From positions 68,467 to 132,466 of the forward strand of contig JBAZFB010000001.1 of the NCBI GenBank assembly GCA_041653595.1: a stretch of DNA of 64,000 nucleotides, written 5' to 3'. Origin of the DNA: Candidatus Omnitrophota bacterium (lineage in GTDB: Bacteria > Omnitrophota > Gorgyraeia > Pluralincolimonadales > Pluralincolimonadaceae). Both the position numbers and the translations under genes were made by a program. Below, piece by piece: positions 8,860-18,384 of this stretch (its first letter is position 1; every line of letters begins with the position of its first letter). The notes beneath the pieces are model-generated. The model did not search any database. It was given only the letters and a program-made list of their open reading frames with translations, and had not been told where the DNA came from.

Positions 8860-10845
8860 TTATATCTTAAAAGCCTCTTCAAATTCAATATCATCCAGAC
8901 CTTCTCCCACCCGTTCTACATCCATAAACCGTTCCAGGATACTTCCCTCTTTAAGGAAGCGGGAGACTTCGGTAAATATAGAGCCGGTATTCCCGCCGGC
9001 ATAACTCCTCATCCAGCGGGCGGAGCGGTCTATGGCAGGTTTTAATAGTATGAGGTTATCTTTTGCCCGCGTGGCTGCCACGTAAAACAGGCGGCGTTCC
9101 TCTTCTATCGCGTCGTTATCGTCCATGGACTGGTACGACGGCAGATGTCCCTCGGCCACGTATATGACGAAGACCGTGTGCCACTCGAGCCCCTTCGCCG
9201 AGTGTATCGTCGAAAGCGTCATCGCGTGGTCATGTTTGCCCCGTAAGCCCGCATCGAGGACGCTCTTCTCCGGCGGCTCGAGCGCCATGTCGGTCAGGAA
9301 GGTCTCGAGCGATTTATACCTCGAGGCGATGCGCTCCAGCGAATTCAAGTCCGGCGCGCGCCTGTGGAAATCGTCGTATTTCGCCTTGAGCAGAGGATCG
9401 TAATATTTCAGGAATTCTTTCAGGAGTTCAACGGGCGGGTATTTCCCGGGTTTCAATTCTTTCAGCATATCGATAAGGTTTACCAGGTCTTCTGATTTTT
9501 TTAAAATGTCCTTGTCGACCTCGAGGCCTTTATTTTTTTCTATCATCTGCTCGGTTATCTTCGCGGCGGTCTTCTGCCCGATGCCGCGCATCAATAACAA
9601 GGCCCTGTGCCAGCTCACTTGGTCGTCGGGATTTTGAGCGATACGCAAGTATGAGATGACGTCCTTTATATGCGCCGCCTCGACGAACCTCTGTCCGCCG
9701 TATTTTACGAACGGGATATCGTGGTTGGCGAGCTCGATCTCAAGGTCGTTCGAGTGCCAACCGGCGCGGAATAGCACGGCGATCTCCTTGAGCATGACGC
9801 CCTCATCGACCAGTTCGATTATCTTCTGGACGATATATCTGGATTGGGTGTTTTCATCGCGCGCTTCGACGAACACCGGGGATTTCCCTTCGCGCTTCTT
9901 GGTAAAAAGGACCTTCTCGAACTTCTCCTCGGCGTTCTTTATGACCTCGTTGGTCAGGTCGAGTATCTGCTGGGTCGAGCGGTAGTTCTCCTCCAGCATT
10001 ATCACCTTCGCGCCCCTGAACACCTTCGGGAAGTCTATGATGTTCTTGAAATTCGCGCCGCGGAACGAATATATACTCTGGGAATCGTCGCCGACGACCA
10101 TGACATTATCGTGCTCCGATGCCAGCAAACGCACGATATCCGCCTGCAGCCTGTTCGTGTCCTGGTATTCATCGACCATTATATACTGATACTGTTCCGA
10201 GAGCCTCGAGCGGACATCCTTGTGCTCATGGAGCAGCCTTTTCAAGAATACGAGCAGGTCGTCGTAGTCCATGAGAGACTTCTCGCGCTTGTATTTGGCG
10301 TATCCCTCTTTTATCTTCTTTATCGCGCTCTCCCATTCGACGAACTGCGGGTATTCGAGCTCGAGGATTTTGCCGATATCGTCCGATTTGTTGACGGATT
10401 TCGAGATGACGTCGAGAAGCGCCCCCTTGCGAGGGAAGTGCTTCTCGAGATGGTCGAAGCCGAACTTGACGCGCACGATATTTACCGCGTCCTCGGCGTC
10501 GGATTCGTCCATTATCGTGAAATTATTGGGATATTCGACCAGCTTCGCGTATTTGCGCAGGACCATATTGGCGAATGAGTGGAAGGTGCCGCCGGCGACC
10601 CTCTCGCAGCGGTCGTCGAGCAATTTAGCGGCGCGGCGGAGCATCTCTTCGGACGCCTTGCGGGTAAAGGTAAGCAGTAATATCCGGTCGGGCTTGATTC
10701 CTTTTTCAACGAGGTAGGCCACGCGGTAGACGAGCGTGCGCGTCTTCCCGCTGCCTGCCCCGGCGATGACAAGATGCGGCCCTTCAGTGGACTCGACCGC
10801 TTTAAACTGGGCGGGATTTAATTCTTTTTTATAATCTATCTTCAT
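8860..10845 (-). CDS. ATP-dependent DNA helicase, UvrD/PcrA/Rep family
   Basis: Walker A AGAGSGKT plus helicase motifs (DEYQDTN, VGDDSQSIY, ...TIHSAKGLE). Confidence 0.85.
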   Translation of the reverse strand: MKIDYKKELNPAQFKAVESTEGPHLVIAGAGSGKTRTLVYRVAYLVEKGIKPDRILLLTFTRKASEEMLRRAAKLLDDRCERVAGGTFHSFANMVLRKYAKLVEYPNNFTIMDESDAEDAVNIVRVKFGFDHLEKHFPRKGALLDVISKSVNKSDDIGKILELEYPQFVEWESAIKKIKEGYAKYKREKSLMDYDDLLVFLKRLLHEHKDVRSRLSEQYQYIMVDEYQDTNRLQADIVRLLASEHDNVMVVGDDSQSIYSFRGANFKNIIDFPKVFRGAKVIMLEENYRSTQQILDLTNEVIKNAEEKFEKVLFTKKREGKSPVFVEARDENTQSRYIVQKIIELVDEGVMLKEIAVLFRAGWHSNDLEIELANHDIPFVKYGGQRFVEAAHIKDVISYLRIAQNPDDQVSWHRALLLMRGIGQKTAAKITEQMIEKNKGLEVDKDILKKSEDLVNLIDMLKELKPGKYPPVELLKEFLKYYDPLLKAKYDDFHRRAPDLNSLERIASRYKSLETFLTDMALEPPEKSVLDAGLRGKHDHAMTLSTIHSAKGLEWHTVFVIYVAEGHLPSYQSMDDNDAIEEERRLFYVAATRAKDNLILLKPAIDRSARWMRSYAGGNTGSIFTEVSRFLKEGSILERFMDVERVGEGLDDIEFEEAFKI

Positions 10846-11311
10846 TCTTGGCTTTTTCGACCATCTGGCGTTCGGAGGGATAAGTCATTATCCTTAAGGC
10901 CTCTTCTACCGGCAGCCAGCGGACGTCTTCGGCGTCCGTGTCGTGGTCCGCGGTGTTCCCGGATTCGAACCTTACGAGGTAGAAATATACGGTCTTGTGG
11001 ACGCGGGCCTTGTCCTCATCCGAATAGAACCAGTAATTTATCTTCCCGAGTTCCTTCTCGATGGAGCCGGTAAGGCCTGTCTCTTCCTTGATCTCGCGGA
11101 GGGCCGCCTGCTGGGGGGTCTCGAGTCTCTCTATCTTTCCTTTGGGAAGGCAGAATATCTTTCCTTCGCCGCGGGTCAGGACAATGACCTCCGTTTCGGC
11201 GCCTGCCTTGCGGTATACCACGCCGCCGGCAGAGAATTGTAATTTTGTCTTTATAGGTTTACTCATGGTTATCCCCGGGGGAACCATGGTTGACCCTATC
11301 GGGTCAACCAT
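10829..11311 (-). CDS. NUDIX hydrolase
   Basis: Nudix box GKIERLETPQQAALREIKEETGL. The ORF-track start at 11413 is probably too long. Candidate starts at 11311 (GGGAG 9 nt upstream), 11287 or 11266. Confidence 0.7.
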   Translation of the reverse strand: MVDPIGSTMVPPGITMSKPIKTKLQFSAGGVVYRKAGAETEVIVLTRGEGKIFCLPKGKIERLETPQQAALREIKEETGLTGSIEKELGKINYWFYSDEDKARVHKTVYFYLVRFESGNTADHDTDAEDVRWLPVEEALRIMTYPSERQMVEKAKNEDRL

Positions 11312-11461
11312 TTCGCCATTACTCCCAAATAGGGGGCTCAAAAAAAAGGCCTCCTTCATTACCTCTGAGGTGAGCCGACATACAGCACCACCGGGCAGCT
11401 TGAAACCGCCCAACCGTCGACATTCTAGTCGAAGGCAATGAAGGAGGTCCGGGGAGACTTA

Positions 11462-11668
11462 TTATTGCTTCTCTTTCTTCTCTTCCAGGGAGTCTTTTAT
11501 CTCGCCGATCCCCGCAAACACCGCGAGCAACCCGCCGAGTAAAAGTATTATGACCAGCCCGGATCTGAGGAAGCCGACTATATATTCTTCCCACCAATTT
11601 ATCAGGCCAACCACTCCGAGGACGATGGCGATCAGTCCGCCGATTATTGAGAGATATTTGCTCACCAT
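11462..11668 (-). CDS. Small membrane protein (2 TM)
   Basis: 68 aa hydrophobic. AGGAGG lies immediately upstream. Confidence 0.4.
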   Translation of the reverse strand: MVSKYLSIIGGLIAIVLGVVGLINWWEEYIVGFLRSGLVIILLLGGLLAVFAGIGEIKDSLEEKKEKQ

Positions 11669-11730
11669 CCGCCTCCTAAAACGTCCATTTCAAAAGAACC
11701 ATTAGAATTATATCACCCAAAAAAGCTTTG

Positions 11731-12216
11731 TCAAGGGATTTTATAGCCGATTTTTCTTAAGAGGTCCTTCCGCCATTTGACCCCGGCCTCGTCCTCTATT
11801 CCCTTCGGTTTCGCGCCGTCTATCACGCCGAGGATGCCCCTGCCGTTCTCCGATTCGGCGATGATAAGCTCGACCGGATTGGCAGTCGCGCAATAGATCC
11901 CGCATACCTCCGGGATATTTTTTATCGCGTTGAGCACGTTTATCGGATAGGAATCCTTCATTATTATAACAAAGCAGTGCCCCGCGCCGATCGCGAGCGC
12001 GTTCTTCTCTGCGAGCCTCTTTAGCTCCTCATCCGTGCCTGTGGACCTGACAAGGCACGCGCCGGAGGATTCGCAGAAAGCCATGCCGAATTTTATCCCC
12101 GGCACAGCGCCGGCCATCGCCTCGTGGATATCCTCGACCGTCTTTATGAAATGCGACTGGCCGATTATGATGTTATATTCCGCGGGTTTCTCTATCTTTA
12201 CGGTCTTCGTTTCCAT
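11731..12216 (-). CDS. Adenosine-specific kinase family protein (PF04008-like, archaeal type)
   Basis: 161 aa. Strong similarity to the ~160-aa adenosine-specific kinase family (KIEKPAEYNIIIGQSHFIKTVEDIHEA..IGAGHCFVI..GRGILGVIDG). Confidence 0.55.
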   Translation of the reverse strand: METKTVKIEKPAEYNIIIGQSHFIKTVEDIHEAMAGAVPGIKFGMAFCESSGACLVRSTGTDEELKRLAEKNALAIGAGHCFVIIMKDSYPINVLNAIKNIPEVCGIYCATANPVELIIAESENGRGILGVIDGAKPKGIEDEAGVKWRKDLLRKIGYKIP

Positions 12217-12226
12217 AGGTCCCTCC

Positions 12227-12682
12227 TTACCCTAATTTCGCGAGCTCTTCGGCGACCATCTGGCTGAGCATCTTGCCGTCAGCGGCGCCCTTTGCTTCCT
12301 CCATCGCGGCCTTCATGACCTTGCCCATGTCGGCGCGGCCCTTCGCCTCTACCGCCGCGATCGCGTTCTTGACGATGGGTTTTAACTCATCGGCAGACAG
12401 CATCTTGGGCATATACGATTCGAGTATCTTAAGCTCTACCGTCTCTTTATCAACGAGGTCCTGCCTGTTCCCCTTCGTGAACCCGTCGATGGAGTCCTTA
12501 TGCTGTTTTATCTGCTTAGATATGATGCCCGTCACGTCCTTGTCCTCGAGCTTTTCTGCCTTCTTCTCTATCTCGAGGTTCTTCATCCCCGCTTTGAGCA
12601 TACGCAGGGTCGAGAGCCTTATCCCGTCCTTGGCCTTCATCGCTTCCTTTATGTCCGCGTCGATCTTTTCCGCGAGAGTCAT
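12227..12682 (-). CDS. GatB/YqeY domain protein
   Basis: 151 aa YqeY-like sequence (MTLAEKIDADIKEAMKAKD..LSTLRMLKA). Confidence 0.8.
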   Translation of the reverse strand: MTLAEKIDADIKEAMKAKDGIRLSTLRMLKAGMKNLEIEKKAEKLEDKDVTGIISKQIKQHKDSIDGFTKGNRQDLVDKETVELKILESYMPKMLSADELKPIVKNAIAAVEAKGRADMGKVMKAAMEEAKGAADGKMLSQMVAEELAKLG

Positions 12683-13392
12683 TTCTTGTCCCCCTTTTTA
12701 TATACGAGTTTCGATATCCAGATGGAAAGTTCATACAAAAACAGCATCGGCACCGCCATCAGGCACTGGGTGAACGCGTCCGGCGTCGGCGTTATTACCG
12801 CGGCGGCTATGAATATTACGATTACCGCGAACTTCCTGTTCCTGTTCAGGAATGAAGGAGTGACTATCCCGAGTTTTGACAGTATCATCACAACGACAGG
12901 CAGTTCAAATGCTATCCCGAAGGAGAGAAGCATCATTATCACGAAAGACAGGTATTCCGATATCGAAAGTATCGGAAATACATTATGGTCGGGGAAATTG
13001 ATAAGGAACCGCAGAGCCCACGGAACGACAAAACTATACGCAAACACGACGCCGCCTAAAAAAAGCGTGGCGGAAAACGGGAGCGCGAACATCACTACCT
13101 TTTTTTCTTTTTCATTAAGACCGGCCGAGACAAAGGCCCAGAGCTGGTAAAGTACGACCGGTGACGCCAAAAAAAGCCCCGCAAAAAACGCCAGCTTGCA
13201 GTATTCCAGGAAGGCTTCGGCGGGAGAAAAGAAATTCAAGTGGTCTACCGATGGGAACATGAGCAATGACAGGATAAGCCGGACTTTCCAGAAAGCCAGT
13301 GCCGAGCAAATTACCACAGCCGCCGCCGATACCAATATGCGCCGGCGGAGCTCATCGAGATGCTCCACGAGTGTCATCTTGCTGTCAGCCAT
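12679..13392 (-). CDS. tatC: Sec-independent (Tat) protein translocase TatC
   Basis: 237 aa, 6 TM; TatC family sequence (HLDELRRRIL...). Confidence 0.85.
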   Translation of the reverse strand: MADSKMTLVEHLDELRRRILVSAAAVVICSALAFWKVRLILSLLMFPSVDHLNFFSPAEAFLEYCKLAFFAGLFLASPVVLYQLWAFVSAGLNEKEKKVVMFALPFSATLFLGGVVFAYSFVVPWALRFLINFPDHNVFPILSISEYLSFVIMMLLSFGIAFELPVVVMILSKLGIVTPSFLNRNRKFAVIVIFIAAAVITPTPDAFTQCLMAVPMLFLYELSIWISKLVYKKGDKK

Positions 13393-13404
13393 TTTAAAGG
13401 AGGG

Positions 13405-13569
13405 TTATTCTTTTTTGGATGACTGGGAATCGTCGTCTTTCATCGCCTTCTTAAACTCATTGATGGCCTTGCCTAATGAGCGGGCGATCTCGGGAAGACG
13501 CGCCGCCCCGAAGACGAGGAGGACGATGATAAGGATGATGATCAATTCCGGGAAACCGATATTGAACAT
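13405..13569 (-). CDS. tatA: Twin-arginine translocase TatA/E
   Basis: Found by manual translation; 54 aa, below the ORF-track cutoff. Sequence: [62 protein letters not shown]-5nt-ATG. Sits immediately upstream of tatC. Confidence 0.8.
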   Translation of the reverse strand: MFNIGFPELIIILIIVLLVFGAARLPEIARSLGKAINEFKKAMKDDDSQSSKKE

Positions 13570-13582
13570 TTATACCTCCGTG

Positions 13583-14836
13583 TTATCTACGGAGATTATA
13601 ACACAAGGACAAAAGCGAGGCAAGGAATAGAAAGACCGTTGGAGGTTCCGGGACGAGGCCGTTCATCGCTTCCGCGTTAGACATTATGATGCCTATGGTA
13701 GAGGCGTCGGCCGGATAGAATACCCCGAACCCGTCGTTATGGCCCGAGCCGTCGGCTTCCAACATCCAGAAATTAGAGCCGGCCATAGAACTCCCCCGGG
13801 CGGCGGCCTCATAGACCGCGGCGAGATACGCCCGGTACCATGTATCCCTTACGTCTGCGGGCAGCTGTTTGCCGAACTCCTCGAAGATGAGCGGCTTATT
13901 CAGGATGTCGGCGTCAGAGACGTGCTGCTCTATCCAGGCAAGGGCCTGCTGCATATCCCAGTTCCAGAAATCGGAATATACATGGAGCGTCGCGAAATCT
14001 ATATTGGCGAGATTATGGTCCCCAACGAAATCCCCTCCTGTCGAACCGTTCTGGTACCACTGCGATCCCCTGTCCTTATAGAACCCTTCCACGCCGGTCG
14101 TGACGAGATGGTTCGCGTCGTTGGCCTTTACATAAGAGCTCATCTCATCGAGCCAGTTGCGCAGTTTCGCGCCGGTAGGGTCTGATTCCGCCCTCGCCTC
14201 GTTAGCCAATTCCCACGCCATGATGGTCGGGTCGTCTTTATAGACCCTGCCGTTATAAGTATTCGTCCTGTTCATGACGGTAGTGACGTAATCCTTATAC
14301 CATTGCCTGGTAGCAGGATCGGTATAAAAATCATCATGGCTTGCGGCGGACGGACTGAAGCTGTTATACCAGTTCATCCCGCCGTAATCGTCCCAGTTGT
14401 TGACGAGGGTGGGAAGGACGCGTATGCCGTAGCTCTCGGCCTTATACAGGACATAATCAAGGCCCTTGAAGGCGCTCTCATTGTATACGCCCGGGGCTGT
14501 CTGGTAAGCCCACGAAACCGGATAACCGTCCCTGTTCGCGCCGCCGTCATTAAAGGCCCATGTCCTGATGACGCTCAGCCCCATCTCCTTGGCCGACGAC
14601 AGGACCTGGTCTACCATCGGCCGGTAAGTTTCGTCCTCGGCGAAATAGCTCAGGTAAAAATTGTTCGTGCCCGTGTAATAGAACGGCTGGCCGCCCGAAT
14701 AGAACTGGCTACCGCTTCTCGTGACAAAGCTGTCTATCTCTGCCCGGCAGGAATAAGCCGTTATCAGGCTGATTATAACCGCGAAGTAAAATAGTATACT
14801 CTGGTATATCTTTACTGGGCATTTTTTTAGCAACAT
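13583..14836 (-). CDS. Secreted GH5 glycoside hydrolase (beta-mannanase-like) with PEP-CTERM-like C-terminal anchor
   Basis: Signal peptide; GH5 catalytic NEP-type motif AWELANEAR. The C-terminus VPEPPTVFLFLASLLSLCYNLRR matches the PEP-hydrophobic-RR sorting-signal architecture. Confidence 0.75.
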   Translation of the reverse strand: MLLKKCPVKIYQSILFYFAVIISLITAYSCRAEIDSFVTRSGSQFYSGGQPFYYTGTNNFYLSYFAEDETYRPMVDQVLSSAKEMGLSVIRTWAFNDGGANRDGYPVSWAYQTAPGVYNESAFKGLDYVLYKAESYGIRVLPTLVNNWDDYGGMNWYNSFSPSAASHDDFYTDPATRQWYKDYVTTVMNRTNTYNGRVYKDDPTIMAWELANEARAESDPTGAKLRNWLDEMSSYVKANDANHLVTTGVEGFYKDRGSQWYQNGSTGGDFVGDHNLANIDFATLHVYSDFWNWDMQQALAWIEQHVSDADILNKPLIFEEFGKQLPADVRDTWYRAYLAAVYEAAARGSSMAGSNFWMLEADGSGHNDGFGVFYPADASTIGIIMSNAEAMNGLVPEPPTVFLFLASLLSLCYNLRR

Positions 14837-14986
14837 TACTATCTCCTGGTTATATTAAGGAAGGGACTGCGGGAGGCTGCCGATATAGCCGGCTTCCAAC
14901 CCGCGAAGATTATACCATAAAAATCAAATACGGCAATTAAAATTATTTGCTTTTTTGTAGGAAATTTTATTGTTATAATGCTGTCT

Positions 14987-17236
14987 ATGAGACGACCCTT
15001 ATATCTTGCGGTCTTTATCTTCGGTTTCGCGGCAATGGCAGTCCAGATCCTGCTGATGCGGGAACTCCTGGTGGTCTTCTACGGCAACGAGCTATCCGCG
15101 GGAATAATGCTCGCCTCGTGGCTCTTCTGGGTCGCGGCGGGAAGTTTCGCGGCAAGATTTAAAAAATTCCGGGAAGGGATATTCCACTTACTCCTCCTCT
15201 CCGTCGCTGTGATCGTACCCGCGACGATATACCTTATAAGGGACATGAGGAACATTCTCGGCGTATCCGCCGGCGAGCTGATCGGGCTTGCGCCGATGGC
15301 TTTCTCCGTCTTCATCCTGCTCGCGCCGGCGTGCCTCGTCTTCGGTTCCCTTTTTGCCGTAAGCTGCCTCCTCGCCTCGCCGGAACCGGACTCGGCGCCG
15401 TCAGCCGCGGGAAAAATATACATGATCGAATCGCTCGGCGCTGTCGCCGGAGGCGTCGCCTTCAACCTGCTTTTGATCTATATCTTCGGCCCTTTACAGA
15501 TAGCTTTATTTTGCGGCTTATTAAACATCATTGCCGCGCTAATCATGGCTGACAGGAGGAAAGCTCCGGTAAGATGGGCCGCGACAGCCGTCTTCATGTA
15601 TTCCGTGGCCATCTATATCCTCTTCCCTTCGGGACTGGCCGATTTCCGCATGAGGGAGATGCAATGGAAGGGCCTCGAGTTGATCTCCGTAAAAGATTCC
15701 AAATACGGGAATATCGCGCTCACCAGGCTCGGGCCCCAGTTCAACCTGTTTGAGAACGGCCTCCTTACCGCGGCGACCGGCGATCTTCTGACCGCCGAGG
15801 AGTCGGTCCATTACGCGATGCTTGAACATCCCGCGCCCAAGAAAATCCTGCTTATAGGCGGGGCGCTCAACGGCGCTCTCGACGAAGTATTAAGGCATCC
15901 CGTCGAGTCGGTCGATTGCGTCGAGCTTGATCCCGAATCGGTGGAGATCGCGATAGAAAGGTACCCGCAAGGGTCTCTTTCCGGGTTATCCGACCCCAGG
16001 GTAAAGATGCATTATCTTGATGCCAAGCTCTTTGTAAAGGAAAGAGCCCTGGCACTGGACGCGCCTTCCTCGCGATACGACGTGATAATACTCACCCTCC
16101 CGAACCCTTACACGGCGCAGATAAACAGGTTCTACTCCTTCGAGTTCTACGGCGAAGCAAAACGCATCCTCGATGAGAAAGGGATATTTTCCTTCGGGGT
16201 CTCTTCCTCCGCGGATTATATCAGCGCCGACCTGGCGCGTTTTTTGAAATGCCTCGTCCTCACCCTTTCAAAACATTTTTCCGATATAAAGATAATTCCC
16301 GGGGAGAATGATTATTTTCTCGCCTCTCCGGCCGCGGGGATACTGACATATGACTATAAGACGCTCATCGCCAGGGCCAAGGAGAGGGGTCTCGACCTGA
16401 AATACGTAAATGAACATTACCTGCCGGATAAGCTGGACCCGATGCGCGTAGGATACCTTGAGGGCGCGATAAAAGTCGCCAGGGGCGCGAAGATCAACTT
16501 CGACCTGCGGCCCGTCGGATATTATTATGACATGGTCCTCTGGTCGGAGCGGGTCGACCCGCGGCTCAAGTCCTTCTTCAGGGGGTTGAGTACTTTCAAT
16601 TGGGGGATAATGCTGGGCATCGCGGGTTTTGCCTTCATCGGGCTGGCGCTTCTGCGCGGAAGGAACGGCTCTTTAAAACGGATGCCGTATTTCGTCTCTA
16701 TCGGGACGTCCGGTTTCTCGACGATGCTGCTGCAGGTAGTCCTAATACTCGCCTTCCAGTCGGCATACGGCTATGTATATTATAAAATAGGGTTTATATT
16801 CGCCTCGTTCATGCTGGGGCTTGCCGGCGGCAGCTTTATAGGCGCGAATTTGATAAAAAATGACGGGCGGCTCGCGAGGCAGTACTTCAATATCCAGGCC
16901 GCCCTATGCGCATACTGCCTGCTCCTGCCGGTAGTGTTCCGGTTGAATTGGGTCGCCGAGGGCTTCTTCCTGCTATTGCCGGCGGCTGCGGGGCTCCTGG
17001 GCGGGCTGCAGTTCACGATGGCAAACAGGATATGTTCAGGCGGTGTGAGTGGGAATGCGGCGCCGGTGATCTACGCGGTCGATCTCCTGGGCGCGTGCGC
17101 CGGCTCGCTGATAACCGCCGCGATAATAATACCTGTCAAGGGGATCGAGTTCGCGTGCATCTCTGCGGGATTCGTGAATCTCGCGGTATTGGTATTACTC
17201 GCGGGCGGGGATCAGCTCTTCCGCTCCAGGACATAA
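14987..17236 (+). CDS. Membrane-embedded spermidine synthase-like (polyamine aminopropyltransferase fold) protein
   Basis: ~750 aa. Multi-TM N- and C-terminal regions flank a SpeE-like class I MTase-fold core (KKILLIGGALNG...DVIILTLPNPYTAQ). The first ATG in the ORF track (14978) lies inside the TATAAT box, so the probable start is 14987. Confidence 0.6.
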   Translation: MRRPLYLAVFIFGFAAMAVQILLMRELLVVFYGNELSAGIMLASWLFWVAAGSFAARFKKFREGIFHLLLLSVAVIVPATIYLIRDMRNILGVSAGELIGLAPMAFSVFILLAPACLVFGSLFAVSCLLASPEPDSAPSAAGKIYMIESLGAVAGGVAFNLLLIYIFGPLQIALFCGLLNIIAALIMADRRKAPVRWAATAVFMYSVAIYILFPSGLADFRMREMQWKGLELISVKDSKYGNIALTRLGPQFNLFENGLLTAATGDLLTAEESVHYAMLEHPAPKKILLIGGALNGALDEVLRHPVESVDCVELDPESVEIAIERYPQGSLSGLSDPRVKMHYLDAKLFVKERALALDAPSSRYDVIILTLPNPYTAQINRFYSFEFYGEAKRILDEKGIFSFGVSSSADYISADLARFLKCLVLTLSKHFSDIKIIPGENDYFLASPAAGILTYDYKTLIARAKERGLDLKYVNEHYLPDKLDPMRVGYLEGAIKVARGAKINFDLRPVGYYYDMVLWSERVDPRLKSFFRGLSTFNWGIMLGIAGFAFIGLALLRGRNGSLKRMPYFVSIGTSGFSTMLLQVVLILAFQSAYGYVYYKIGFIFASFMLGLAGGSFIGANLIKNDGRLARQYFNIQAALCAYCLLLPVVFRLNWVAEGFFLLLPAAAGLLGGLQFTMANRICSGGVSGNAAPVIYAVDLLGACAGSLITAAIIIPVKGIEFACISAGFVNLAVLVLLAGGDQLFRSRT

Positions 17237-18195
17237 TCGGCGATCTCGCAAAAGGTCTTTCGGAGCATGCCGTCACCGTCGGCGAGCTTCTTCTTGGCCA
17301 GCTTCACGTAATCCGACGCTATGCCCTTCGAACGCGATATCGCCCCGGAACTCAATGCCTTCTCCCTCAGTATACGGTGAGAAGATTTTCCGCCGGAAGT
17401 GATGAGCTCGACTATACCCATCCTGTTCTTCCTGCCGGCGTTCTTTAATAGGAATATTATGGGCAGGGTGAGCTTTCCCTTCTCCATGTCCTGCCAGACG
17501 GTTTTCCCGAGCTGGCTCTCCTCCCCGACGAGGTCGAGGCAGTCGTCCGTTATCTGGAACGCCACGCCCAAATAAAGCCCGTAAGCCGCGAGCCGGTTTA
17601 TCTTATCCTCGCTGAGGCGCCCGAGCATTCCGCCGGATGCGCAGCAGTCCGAGATGAGGTACGCGCTCTTCCTTTTTATTATATCGAGATAATCGTCCTC
17701 GGTGATATCGAAATTATAGGCGTTCGCCAGCTGGGCAAGCTCCCCCTCGCACATCCTGGCGGCCGTCTTGGAGAATACGGTCATTATCCCCGGCTCGTCG
17801 AGCTTCGAGACTATGTCGAAGGCGCGCGCCAAAAGATAATCGCCGGCTATCACGGAGACGGCGTTGCCCCACTTGCTGTTTATCGTCCGCTGGCTGCGCC
17901 TTAATACCGCCTCATCTATTATATCGTCGTGCACGAGGCTCGCGGCGTGTATAAGCTCTATCGCCACGCCGAGCGATACGGCCTTCTCCATATCGCCTTC
18001 GCCCAATTTGGCCGAAAGCAGCACGAGCGTAGGCCTGAAGAATTTGCCGTGCGCCTTCGACAGGTAACTTCCTATCCCCCGTATCGGCTCGGATTGCCAT
18101 TTGAGCTGGTGCGCGTAATTGCTCTTCACCGCGGCCAGTTCCGCGGCGACGGGCCTTATTATCCTCTCGAGTTCTTTCGCGCTGTCTTTCATCAA
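17212..18195 (-). CDS. Polyprenyl diphosphate synthase (trans-isoprenyl diphosphate synthase)
   Basis: Both aspartate-rich motifs are present (LVHDDIIDE and FQITDDCLD). Confidence 0.85.
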   Translation of the reverse strand: MMKDSAKELERIIRPVAAELAAVKSNYAHQLKWQSEPIRGIGSYLSKAHGKFFRPTLVLLSAKLGEGDMEKAVSLGVAIELIHAASLVHDDIIDEAVLRRSQRTINSKWGNAVSVIAGDYLLARAFDIVSKLDEPGIMTVFSKTAARMCEGELAQLANAYNFDITEDDYLDIIKRKSAYLISDCCASGGMLGRLSEDKINRLAAYGLYLGVAFQITDDCLDLVGEESQLGKTVWQDMEKGKLTLPIIFLLKNAGRKNRMGIVELITSGGKSSHRILREKALSSGAISRSKGIASDYVKLAKKKLADGDGMLRKTFCEIADYVLERKS

Positions 18196-18371
18196 CCGGC
18201 CAATCTCCTGTAATAACGGCCTTCTTTATCCGAGACATTGCTGACCGCCTTGCGCTTAAAAACACCGGCAAACGCTTTTAGCGGCGAGCCGAACAAGGCC
18301 AGCGCGGCAATGATCAATATGTTCCTTTTCAGGAATTCCCTCCTGGTCATCCCTTCTTTGCGCGTATCCAT
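18192..18371 (-). CDS. Small ORF with a twin-arginine (Tat) signal peptide
   Basis: 59 aa: MDTRKEGMTRREFLKRNILIIAALALFGSPLKAFA|GVFKRK.... AGGAGG-4nt-ATG. The stop overlaps the polyprenyl synthase start in an ATGA arrangement. Confidence 0.4.
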   Translation of the reverse strand: MDTRKEGMTRREFLKRNILIIAALALFGSPLKAFAGVFKRKAVSNVSDKEGRYYRRLAG

Positions 18372-18384
18372 CTTTCCTCCTTTA

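Noticed and set aside
11319-11597. 92-aa minus ORF across the structured intergenic element
   Set aside because: It spans terminator-like hairpins and overlaps the small membrane-protein gene in another frame.
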